This document shows positions 27,085 to 38,931 of a stretch of 64,000 bases of DNA, piece by piece. Within the stretch, counting starts at the first letter, position 1. Every line of letters begins with the position of its first letter. The stretch spans positions 199,392,001-199,456,000 of the forward strand of contig NC_042997.1 of assembly GCF_006345805.1 (NCBI RefSeq), written 5' to 3'. Below the pieces are notes generated by a model. It was given only the letters and a program-made list of their open reading frames with translations, was not told the DNA's origin and ran no database searches. Made by a program: the position numbers and the translations under genes. Source of the stretch: Octopus sinensis (lineage: Eukaryota).

Positions 27085-27473
27085 CTGGCAGAAACGTTAG
27101 CACACCAGGCAAAATGCTTAGTGGTATTTCGTCTGCTGTTACGTCCTAAGTTCAAATTCCGCCGAGGTCGACTTTGCCTTTCATCTTTTCAGGGTCGATA
27201 AATTAAGTACCAGTTATGCACTGGGGTCGATGTAATCGACTTAATCCGTTTGTCTGTCCTTGTTTGTTCCTTCTGTGTTTAGCCCCTTGTAGGTAGTAAA
27301 GAATTAGGTATTTCGTCAGCCGCTACGTTCTGAGTTCAAATTCCGCCTGTCATCCATTCAGAGTCGATAAATTAAGTACCAGTTATGCACTGGGGTCGAT
27401 GTAATCAACTTAATCCATTTGTCTGTCCTTGTTTGTCCCCTCTGTGTTTAGCCCCTTGTGGGTAGTAAAGAAA
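27085..27473 (+). mobile_element. SINE family B tandem dimer
   Basis: A full copy is followed directly by a headless copy joined at GGTATTTCG. Confidence 0.8.
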
Positions 27474-28647
27474 TATATGCCCGATAACAAATAAGGTTTG
27501 CATATGTTTAAGGAATACTCAACCAGTTAATTTATCAAGGATGTAATTCAATAAATCAAAAATTATTTAAATTGAGGGAAACTCGTTTTTTTTTTCTTTT
27601 TTGATATTTTCTTTATTTAACAAATGGCAACTGGAAGACTTCAAAATCTACAGAGAAAGCCATCATCATTTTTATTTATTAAAGAACAAATCAATCAAAT
27701 AATTCTTTGTATTTTACATCCCATGTTTTGAATATATATATTGTCAACTATATGAAAACTATAACTTCGTAAATAACACCACACAATGACATTTGTAAAA
27801 GATAATTAACTATTCCAAGATTGCAATGAAAATGCTAAAGATAATTCTCAATGAAAGCTTTGGTAAAAGATTATTATTATCGTTAGTGTCGGCCTGATCA
27901 TGAAAAATAAGAAAAATGAATATCTTAAGTTTAGTTCCTGTAAAAAAATTAAAAAATCAATGACTACAAGTAAGATTCTAAAAATATAACATTTAGAGCA
28001 CAATATGAGGATTATTATGTGATTAGACATGAACATAAGTGTTTGTACTATTAAATTCACAAAATAAATATCAAAATATATTGCCATATTACTAAAAAAA
28101 AAAATAATAAATAAATGATAATAGTAATTTCATGGCAGTAGACAGTAAAGAGCAGCAATAATTTAAACTGAGGAAAATTTTGAAACTTTTTAAACAAAGC
28201 ACAAAATGAAAATTCGTCACAACTTTATAAAACTTCCACTGTCTCAGTCTTACAAGAATAGCATATTTTATCATCATCATCATTTAACATGTTTTCTATG
28301 CTAGCATGGGTCGGATGATTTGACCGGAGCTGGCATCAGGTTCCATAGTCTGGTTTGGCTTGGCTTCTACAGCTGGATGCCCTTCCTAATGCCAACCACT
28401 TATAGACTGTACTGAGTGCTTTTTACATGGCACCACCACCAATACTTTTTACGTGGCAGCAGCACCAGTGCTTTTAAAGTGGTATCAGCACCAGAGATTT
28501 TTACAAATGCTTTTTATGTGGCACAAGCATATCAGACCCCTTCCCTTCCAATTTCAGCAGTGCATATACAGAAAATAGTTTTTAGTGCATTGACACTTTT
28601 AGCTTTCAGATTACTCTGTCAAATGTTATGCTTTCTTTATTCACCTT

Positions 28648-29225
28648 ATCATCATCATCATCATCGTTTAGCGTCCGCTTTCCATGCTACCATGGGTTGG
28701 ACAGTTTGACAGAGGCTTGGCAAGCCTAGAAGCTGTACCAAGCTCCAATCTGATCTGGCAAGGTTTCTACAGCTGGATGCCCTTCCTAACACCAACCACT
28801 CTGAGAGTGTAGGTGTTTTTCCCATGCTGGTGGCACAGGATCCAGTCACAGGGCACTAGCACTAACCATGTTCAGATGATGCTTTTTACATGCCACCAAC
28901 AAAGAAACCAGCCATGCAGCACTAGCCATGGCTATGGTTTCAATTTTGATTTTACTTGCCTCAACAGGTCTTCTCAAGCGTATCATATCATCCAATGCTT
29001 CACAGGGTACTTTTAAATAGGCCGATCATGCCGGGTCTTCTTAACCACAGCATATCTCCAGAGGTCTCAGTCTCTTGTCATTGCCTTTGTGAGGCCCAAC
29101 ATTTGAAGGTCATGCTTCATCACCAAATCCCATGTCTTCCTGGGTCTACCTCTTCCACAGGTTCCTTCTACTGTTAGGGTGTGGCACTTCTTCACACAGC
29201 TGTCCTCATCCATACATAACACACG
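28648..29225 (-). mobile_element. 5'-truncated RTE LINE: ORF C-terminus plus family C 3' UTR and (GAT)n tail
   Basis: Minus strand gives MDEDSCVKKCHTLTVEGTCGRGRPRKTWD..KHDLQMLGLT, contiguous with repeat family C. This links family C to the RTE 3' UTR. Confidence 0.8.
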
Positions 29226-29989
29226 TTTTGAATTAATCATGCATTATTTCGTACCTTTAAGATTTTGATGTCTAAATATATATTTTTAGAATGACATTGT
29301 AGGGTAGGTGTAAGCCGTTAGATCTGGCCAGTTCAAACATAAAACAGATAGACTATTTATTTAAATGCTAACAAGTAATACAGGCTCAATTTCACATTTA
29401 GGATGTAGGAGGAATTTTTAAGAGATTTCTTTTGAAAAACAAAGTGCATCTTATATGATGCCAAATATGGCATATTGTTATATGAACTCTAAAAGGAATT
29501 AGAAAACTAAAAATCTTTGATCAAATTTAAGAAAGGAGATTCACAAACAGCTTTTAATTCCTTTCAACAATCACCGCTAATTAACTTCATCTTAAGTATT
29601 TTTATTTGGACATGATTGATGGCCAGTATAATGTGGGTGTAGAGAACAATATTAATAGATGAAGAATGGCTCACAAGTGAAATGGTTTTGGATAACAATA
29701 AGGAAGTGGTATCAGGACTGGGGAAGAGCTAAGTTGCGAGATATGTGGAGGTGGAGCAATGTGAGTACGGGGACTGACTAATTGATTAAATGAGGGGTCC
29801 CTGTATACCAGCATGACTTGACCATTTTTGTCTCTCCCCATCTATCTTCTTCATAGGAAAGCATAGGCTTCAAATATTAATGACTTTTTCCATTTTCCCA
29901 GAGTTTTAAATAAATATATACCCTGTTTGCTGTTCTCTCCCAGCTCAAAGGGCGAGCCCCGTTCAATACTTGGGTCAAGGCATAGAACA

Positions 29990-30270
29990 CAACCTCCATT
30001 ATCAGCAGCGGGGCCTGGCAGCAAATGCTGGTTTAACCCAACTGAATCATGCTGGTTCTGTACTCCTTTGAGCAACATCAAAATTCCCTCATCCGTCCAA
30101 GCTTTCCTATTATTTATAAACTCTCTTACCTCTCTCACTCCAACACCTCCAACCACCAAAGCTTTCCTCACTCCATCCATCCACACAAGCCGAGGCCTGC
30201 CTCTGATTCTGCTGTCTACCACTTCTGCCTCTTTACCATCTGCTCCTCATCCTTCCTCTGCATGTGGCCA
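29990..30270 (-). mobile_element. RTE LINE ORF C-terminal remnant
   Basis: ORF 29851-30222 contains RGRPRLVWMDGVRKAL, an RTE C-terminal motif. Confidence 0.65.
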
Positions 30271-30304
30271 AACCACCTCAACATTTGTCTTTCCAATTTG
30301 GTTA

Positions 30305-30680
30305 CTCTTTTACTCTTTTACTTATTTCAGTCATTTGATTGCGTCCATACTGGAGCACCACCTTAGCCGAGCAAATCGACCCTAGAACTTATTCTCTGTA
30401 AGCCTAGTACTTGTTCTATCGGTCTCTTGTGCAGGACCACTAAGTTACGGGGACGTAAACACACCAGAGATGCTGGGGGGACAAACACAGGCACACAAAC
30501 GTATACATATATATACGACGGACTTCTTTCAGTTTCCATCTGCCAAATCCACCCACAAGGCTTTGGTTGGCCGGAGGCTATAGTAGAAGACACTTGCCCA
30601 GGGTGCCACGCAGTGGGGCTGAACCCAGAACCATGTGGTTGGTAAGCAAGCTACTTACCACACAGTCACTCCTGTGCCTA
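30305..30680 (-). mobile_element. SINE family A, full length
   Basis: Complete head, core and 3' half on the minus strand. Confidence 0.85.
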
Positions 30681-30754
30681 TCGTTAGTTTTTCTTTCACA
30701 TCATTGCATTGTTGTCTTATCTTTTGTATTTTTGGACTAAATATCTATATATTA

Positions 30755-30960
30755 TATAATTTAATGAAGTTATTGTGTACAGTGCTCGGGTGCACTACAA
30801 CTCAGGAAAAGTAGCCAAAATGCATGAATAGTGTGTAGAAAAATGCACAGGAAGTTGAACAGTAAATGAATCATTAAAAGAAATTTAAAATAAACGGCTT
30901 GAGGGGGGTACTTCAGGTGTACTGTTGGCAAATTTCAGGAAGCATGGAAGTTTTGAAGAA
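30755..30960 (-). mobile_element. CR1-type LINE 3' tail
   Basis: Shares GTTGTAGTGCACC.GAGCACTGTACACAAT and an AT-repeat tail with 48725-48935. Confidence 0.5.
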
Positions 30961-30968
30961 TGTAGGAA

Positions 30969-31012
<44 letters not shown>

Positions 31013-31802
31013 AGAAATTGACATTAAAAATATTTCAATATTTGCAGTTAAAAAAAAAATGATTTGCAGATTTAAACCACCTCCAAGAAAATTTATTTTT
31101 GTATATGATACCTAAAGCACGTGGAGATGAACAAAAATCAAAACCAAGAGCAAATATAAATATTTTTGTAGATGTAAAACGTTAAATGGTTTTTTTTTTT
31201 GTTTTGGCTTTTAAAGAATTTGTAATTTGTAATCTCATTTTATCTCTATTCATGAAATATAGAATACAATAATTGTAATTTTTATATTTTACTGTTGATA
31301 TTTAGTTTAAATTCACAACAATCTTGTTGTAAATGCATATTTCTTTCAAAGTTATTGATTTGTTGCCTTTATGTCGGAAAATAATCAATGAGAATGAAGG
31401 GAAGAACAGAGTGAGTGAAAGAGAGTGAGAGAGGGGGAGATAAAAAGAAGAGAGACAGAGTGGGAGAGAGAGAGATTCTAGGTTGTGGCTTGGACTCCAG
31501 CTTTGTTTTACATCACAGTTATACTCTGTAGTACTTCTGTAAATCTCCAATCACCATTAATATCCCTGGAAAAAAAGTTTAAAGTATCAAATGGCCAGTG
31601 CTATATGATACTAGGGGATTCTGTAGAATAACCAAGCTGAAAGTGCTGAGAGGAAACGAAGGGTGATAGATACTGTCAGAGCAGAGAATCCCTCCGGAAA
31701 ATGAATGAAGTAATTGATACTGTACTGAACAAATAGGGAAGATTGGGTTTGACACAGAAAAATGGTTAGCACCGAAATTAATCAAGATATTTATTTCTTT
31801 AA

Positions 31803-32115
31803 TACAGTTCTATATTTAAGAGATGAGGAATTATGTATATTATTTACATTTGATGGGCATGTGGCGTAGTGGTTAAGAGTTCGGACTACTAACCCCAAGA
31901 TTCCGAGTTCAATTCCAGGCAGTCACCTGAATAATAATAATGATAATAATAAAAATAATAATCATGATAACAACAACATCAAAAAATACCTTAGGAATTA
32001 GAACCCAGATTTGAAATTTCCCCAAGACACCTACTGAAGGCTGGAGGGTATATCAGCCAAAACATGTTAACAACAAACAAAATGAGGACAAATATCCGTC
32101 AAATATAAATAATGT
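31803..32115 (+). mobile_element. tRNA-head/hammerhead non-autonomous retroelement with 5' inverted tail
   Basis: Inverted tail at 31803-31853, then head TGGCGTAGTGGTTAAG (A box)...GAGTTCAATTCC (B box), (TAA)n spacer, and a mutated hammerhead at 32026-32070. Confidence 0.8.
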
Positions 32116-34065
32116 AAAAAATACTTTTTTCTTTATTGCCCACAAAGGGCTAAACGCAGAGGGGACAAACAAGGACAGACAAAGAGATTAAGTCAATAAC
32201 AGTGACCCCAGTGCATAACTGCTACTTATTTAATCGCCCCCAAAAGGATGAAAGGCAAAGTTGACCTCAGGAAGATTTGCCATTTTCGAGGCATAAAAAC
32301 AATCAGCAAAGCTAAGGTGAATGGGCAGAATGCAAGTTAATTATTCCTATCAGAGGATATTTTATAGAAGAATCCGAAAACCATAAATAGTAGAATTGGA
32401 GTGACACTGATGGCCTTCCATAGCAGCAAAGGGTACTCAATCTTATTGTAGTAACTTGCAAGTTATTCTTGGTAGAAAACATCTCGCTGGCAGCACAACC
32501 ATATTCTACAAGAAAGCATATCCAACAGCTTTCCAAAGGAATGGTGGAAAAACACAGTGTAGATCAGGCCTGGCCAACTCCAATTACATTGTAAGTGTGG
32601 ATACGATACATACATGAGAAAATAAAAAACAAAGCAACCTGAACTGGGAATGAAGAAAATGTCACCCTAAATCACTTGTAACATAAAATAATTGCAGCAG
32701 CTGGTCTTAGATTGACATGGAAACTTCATGGAAGCCTCAACATTGTAGTTAACAGCTGAGAGTAGCTTTTTCAACGAGTGTGTAGCTTGATTGACAATGG
32801 TAGCCAATAGCAAAAGACCTGCTGCTGAGGAGAAGCAGTCATTCCTTAAAGTATTTCAACTGACATACCTTTCCATATATGCCCTACAAGTGGGAGAAAA
32901 TCTCTGGCAAAGATAGACTTTATCAGCCACTTCTGGTCCCACCAAACCAATAGAAGATAATACTAAGTCTGAGTCATCTTTGACAGTAAAGGACAATCAA
33001 CATATGCACACAGATGGACAGAACTGAAATGGCCTTTTGTTTTTATATGACCTTTCTCCCATGCTCAGATCGGTTCAATGAACATATTATTGAGGTATTG
33101 TTTTCCAGCTGGATGCCTTTCCTGTAACTGACCCTTGTGACTGCTTGTAATTTATCGACTTTTGGAGAAGTGCAAATATAAACACACATGCAAACACTGA
33201 TGCACACACACACACACACACACACATGGTGACATATCATACACTTGCCATTCAGAGTCAAAGATGACTCTGTAGCATGTAGCATGCATTCCCTAATTGC
33301 ATTAAGGTCCCTGTGTAGTTCTGATCAGACAAAAGACACCCGCTTGGCATCCCACCCTTGATCCAGTGAAACACCTAAGATGTGACAATAGGAGAAAGAG
33401 GGCGGTGAGCTGGCAGAAATATTAGTACGCCAGGTGAAATGCTTAGCGGTATTTCGTCTCTCTTTATGTTCTCCGTTCAAATTCTGCCGAGGACGACTTT
33501 GCCTTTCATCCTTTCGGGGGTCAATAAATTAAGTACCAGTTGTGTACTGAGGTAAATCTAATTGACTGGCTCTTCCTCCCACCCAAAATTTTGAACCTTG
33601 TGCCTAGAGTAGAAAAGAATAGAAGAAAGAGAAAAAAAAACTACATCAGTACTTGGCTGGTACTCAAATCAGCTGAGTTGACTGGAATGAGGTGAAATAA
33701 AGTATCTTGCTCAAAGGCATAACCATATGCCACCCAATTCAGGAATGGAAGTCACAAACTTCTAGTCATGTAACCAAATGTATGTGTTCGTATGTGTGTG
33801 AATATGCATACATAGGTATGAGTATGTGAAGCTGTATGTATGTGCAAACTAAATGGCCTGTGGAACTACCCTGTATATTAAAAAAGTTAGCATTATGAAA
33901 CCATAATAGTTTGTTTGGCTAAATGCATTATCTCTATAATGTTAGATTAGATTATAAATGAAACTTTAAATAGTGTGTAGGTGGTGCCATAAAAGTAATG
34001 TACTTGGAAATCTGAATTCAATTCTGTCCCAGCTCATACATTTTCTTTCATTATATTTCAGTTCA

Positions 34066-34280
34066 TATATATATATATATATATGTATATGTGTATATGT
34101 ATACATGTATATGTGTATATGTATATGTATATATGTATGTATGTATGTATGTGTGTATATGCATGTGTGTATATGTATGCATGTGTGTATATGTATGTAT
34201 GTGTGTATATATATATATATGTATGTATGTATGTATATGTATGTATGTGTATATGTATGTGTGTGTATGTATATATATTA
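34066..34280. repeat. (TA)n/(TATG)n compound microsatellite
   Basis: Direct inspection. Confidence 0.9.
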
Positions 34281-34599
34281 TCAGTGAAAATACATGTAAT
34301 AATTATGTTCTCTGAGTTACCAACTTCAATTGGGGATGTGTGTATGTGCGTGTGTCAGAGAGAGAAAGAAAGAGAGAGTATAATCTCATGAGTGCGTGTG
34401 TGGTAGATATAGATAGTCTTTCATTACACTGTAACTGTCTACAGATGTCTAAACACATCAGTAACAAGCATGTCAAATCAACAAGTTCGCGTCTTTATGA
34501 TTGCTTGGCCTACTAGAAATAACAGCCAAATCTCCTGCAACTAACTCTCTCTCTCCACACATACACACACACACACATGCATGCACAGATGGTTTAGAC

Positions 34600-34901
34600 C
34601 AGTAGTTCCCAAAGTAGGTGGTACGACCCCACTGGGGGCGGTGGAAAGATCCAGGGGGTGTTGAAGAAAAATGGGGTGACCAAAACAGGGCAAGGAATGT
34701 AAAAAAAAAACGAAAAAACAAAGAAAGTAAAGAGTTAATTAGATTAAGTTTTATTTGTGAAAGACTGTTGTTTTGAACTTGATGCAGAAAATGGTCTCTG
34801 TCTGTGATGGTTAGTTTGGTGGTTGTGGGGAGGAAGGGGTCACTAGGAATGTGACCTTAGAACCAAAGGGGCAGCAGCCTGAAAAAGTTTGGGAACCACT
34901 G
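34600..34901. mobile_element. hAT (Charlie-like) MITE
   Basis: TIRs CAGTAGTTCCCAAA / TTTGGGAACCACTG (13/14). 8-bp TSD GTTTAGAC / ATTTAGAC (7/8). Confidence 0.85.
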
Positions 34902-36026
34902 ATTTAGACTGCTGATTATGTGTTCAACACTATAATTAATATGACAATAGTTTATAGTGTTGGCTGGTACTCAAGTCAGCTGAGTTGACTGGAATGAGGT
35001 GAAATAAAGTATTTTGCTCAAAGGCACAACCATATGCCACCCAATTCTGGAATGGAACTCACAGACTTCTGGTCATGTACCAGTATATGTATAGTTCAAC
35101 ACTATAAACTGTTGTCATATTAAATATATAATACACATATTTCATATTTAACTTACATCTCTCAAGAGATTGTTATTAAAAAGAATTACAAATATAACTC
35201 TGTGTGTGTGAGACAGAGAGAGAGAGACAGAGACAGAGAGAGAGACAGACAGACAGAGACAGATAGACAGGTACTTGCTTAACTCATTTTAAAGTAAAGA
35301 GATAAATATCATAATGGTTGATTGCATAAAAAATAATTTTTCTCTCCCATACTAGTTTGGGTGATATCATTTTCTATGGTTTTGATATTTCGTTCTCAGA
35401 ACAACTATTTTTATAGGTGGATAGCCTTTCCACAAATATCTTCGCATCTGTAAAGTATGAGAGAACCTTTTGTTAAACAATCCGAATGAAGCAAGCTTTG
35501 TCTAATGCCTTGCCCATAGACACAAAACAATGTCTATGCCTGATGGCCATTTCTCACTCGGAAACATTCTTCTCCTTCCTTTATTCTCTATGGTTTCACT
35601 ATCCTAAAATAGTTTAGTTTGTAGACACGTTTCAAATACAAAAGGTGGTTAACCGTATGCTATAACGTATTGTATTCTTTAATATATGAATTTTTATTCG
35701 TTGTTTTCTCTCTGGAAGTATTAAAACCTTACAACTGGGATGTACTGTTAAACAGGATGTTATACATAAAAAACATATGGAGAATGGTGAATTACCGTGT
35801 ATCAACCTTGAATTGCTTTCCTGCCAACATGACAACCACAACTGTTTGTATGACCCAGATCCTCCCATGCACTGTACACCCTCGCATCCGTGTTAAACAC
35901 AAATGCAGTCGATGAAGATACTTCTAGGATGTAGCAGTTGCAGATCTATGACATATGTTGTGCTGTGTTGCTCTGGAATTTAACTCCTTATCTGGGTTTT
36001 TCTAGAAATCAATGTATAACATAGTC

Positions 36027-36194
36027 ACAGGAGTGGCTGTGTGGTAAGTAGCTTGCTTACCAACCATATGGTTCTGAGTTCAGTCCCACTGTGTGGCACC
36101 TTGGGCAAGTGCCTTCTACTATAGCCTCGGGCCGACCAAAGCCTTGTGAGTGGATTTGGTAGACGGAAACTGAAAGAAGCCCATCGTATATATG

Positions 36195-36257
<63 letters not shown>

Positions 36258-36435
36258 ATATGTTTGTGTGTCTTTGTTGTGCCCCCAACATCGCTTCACA
36301 GCTGATGCTGCAAAAGAGACCGATAGAATAAGTACTAAGCTATCAAAGAATAAGTCCTAGGGTCGATTTGCTCGACTAAAGGTAGTGCTCCAGCATGGCC
36401 ACAGTCAAATGACTGAAACAAGTAAAAGAGTAAAG
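36027..36435 (+). mobile_element. SINE family A, full length
   Basis: Complete head, core, microsatellite and 3' half. Confidence 0.85.
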
Positions 36436-37369
36436 AGTATAACAATTCAAACTATAATTGACCACAATAACCTCTCACTAGACAAGTATAACCCAGAAAA
36501 AACCTTAAACACATATAACTCTGAGCACTGGAAATTGGAGCCTTTCAGTTGAAATGTATTACACACATACATCACCATCACCATAATCATCTAAACTCTG
36601 TCTTGCATGCTTGTATAGATTGAGTCATTCGGCAGGTCCTGATGAGTTGGAGAACTGTGTCATGCTCCCGTGTCTGCTGTGGCATGCTTTCTATGACTGA
36701 GTGCCCTTCATGATCCACCCACTTAGCAGGGTGTACTGGGTGTTTTTGTCGTAGCACTAGGAATGCGGAAGCTACCATGTAACTCACAAGACTAAAATGT
36801 CCCTCAACTGACTGGACATCCAGCAGAGGAGGTGACATTCTGCTGGATGCTGAGGGGTTACAGTTTAAAAGAAAGAACAGGAACGGGTTTGCTGCTGTAG
36901 CTGAGATACAGAGCTAACTCACATTATAGAAGAGTGGGTGGGAGTATACTGAATGGAGCTCGAAAGGAAGACAATGTGATGAGGGGTCAGAGTGAGCGCT
37001 CAAGGTACGAGAATGGAAATAGAAGAGATTTTGGAGACAGAAGAAACGGGAGGGTGAGTAGAGGTTGCAAGAGAGCATAGGGAGAGTGAGGTAAGGTTAG
37101 GAGATAGTGCAGAGGTGGAGGAAAGGTAGGGAGAGTAGGTGATGACTGGCAGTTCAGAAAGGGGGGAAGAGCAGCAGAATGATAATATGACAGTAGGAAC
37201 AGAAAAACGTAAATGTTTGCAATGAATGCTATATCGTCGCTATAACATTAAGCGAGCTACAACATTATAAGGTTAAAACATTTGTAATACACATCCACTG
37301 TTCTGCTCATTAATCAAAGGAAACAGATTTTTCATCAGCTTAATGAATTCATCACAGAATCACAGTATT

Positions 37370-37640
37370 GACCAGATCATCAGATGCTGTTTTACACCAC
37401 TGGTCACAATACACTTGATTTTGCCACTGTTTTCCATCTTGATTCAAATTCGCTGACTAAATTGCCCTCCCATCATCGTGGAAGCCTTCCACATGGCTTT
37501 CTTCAATCTCTTGGATACCATTCAGCAATGGCATGGGTCCATTTGTTATCAGTGAACCTTGCAACATGTCTGTCCTTGTGGAACTTATCTTTTCAGTATT
37601 CTGTGATCTTGTCATTCACTCTACTCATGATAATGAATTT
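37370..37640 (-). mobile_element. RTE (BovB/RTE-1-like) LINE C-terminal remnant
   Basis: Minus strand gives RHVARFTDNKWTHAIAEWYPRD*RKPCGRLPR*WE (cf. GHVARxTDNRWTxxxxEWYPRxxKRPxGRPxxRW). Confidence 0.8.
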
Positions 37641-37908
37641 ATATCTATTTTAAATACAATCAATGTACAGCAATGAGCTCTTTACTGCTTAGATTCCTGT
37701 ATATTTCCTTAGAGATTTCAGCAATTTGAGATGTTTAAAATTCATGATCAATGACTTTCTCAGTGATTTACATTTATTTAGCCAATGTTAAGGTTTGTCT
37801 ACATTAAATAAGAACTTGCAAGAAAGACTAAACAACAGAAAGAAAGGAAAAGAGAAAAACTATTAATTGTCAGGTGGAATTCGATTCTATATCTATTAGT
37901 TAATGCCT

Positions 37909-37941
<33 letters not shown>

Positions 37942-38468
37942 CGTAGGAATGAGTGTGTGGTAAGTAGCTTGCTTACCAACCACATGGTTCCGGGCTCAGT
38001 CCCACTGCGTGACACCTTGCAGTGTCTTTTTGTGAAGGCACTATATATATGTATATATATATATATATATTTAGACACAAGAGAAACTACCTTTAACAGG
38101 TAGTTTTACACTGTAAAAGAAGCAGTCATGTTGCCTTGTCTTCACCCTGTCATCACGGTAAAATTTCTAAACATATTCGCTACCCTATATATTTTAGGTG
38201 TATATATACATATATATATGCCTACGTATATAAGCACATATATATGTTTGTTTTTATTCTGAGAGATAATCCTTTCTACAATAGGTGCAAAGCCAAATCT
38301 TTTGGGGGAGGGCGCTAGTCAATGGACATTGATCCCAATGTTCAACTGTTATGTTTTTTTTTATTGACCCTGAAAGGATGATGACAGTCAAAGTCGACCA
38401 TAGCAGAATTTGAACTTAAAACATAAAGACGAACCGAATGCTGCTAAGCAGTTTGTTTGGTGAGTTAA

Positions 38469-38931
38469 CCTTTTCGTTACCAACCTGGCTGAAACCACCT
38501 CCAGCTCTATAGTACAAATGTCATGTTTTCATAAGTTTTGAATCAAAATCTTCCACCAAGCCATAGTCACAATTTATGTTCCTAACACTAACTTAATGAT
38601 AACTAAGTTATTTTACTGAAATCTTTTGTTATATTTAAAATTAACTGAAAGAAACACAGAACATCTCAACGGAAATATGGTAACAAAAGGGTTAATAAAT
38701 GATTTATTTAACCCTTTTGATACCAACCTGGCTGAAACCGCCTCTGGCTCTGTAGCAGAATTGTCTTGTTTTCAAAGTTCTCAATTAAAATCTTCCACCA
38801 AACATTAGTCACAATTAATGTTCCTAACATTAGCTTAACCGTAACCAAGTTATTTTACTAAATTCTTTGTTATACTTAAAGTAATTGAAAGAAACACAGA
38901 ACATCTCAATAGAAATACAGTAATGAAAGGG
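38469..38931 (-). mobile_element. piggyBac-like (TTAA) MITE dimer
   Basis: Monomers at 38712-38931 and 38469-38691, each TTAA-flanked; same family as 15497-15959. Confidence 0.8.

Noticed and set aside
31854-31925. tRNA-like sequence
   Set aside because: SINE-type head with A/B boxes but no complete acceptor stem; not a tRNA gene.
32450-32590. Possible + strand exon ending at a GTAAGT donor (NLQVILGRKHLAGSTT...)
   Set aside because: Weak acceptor, two competing open frames and no homology recognised.
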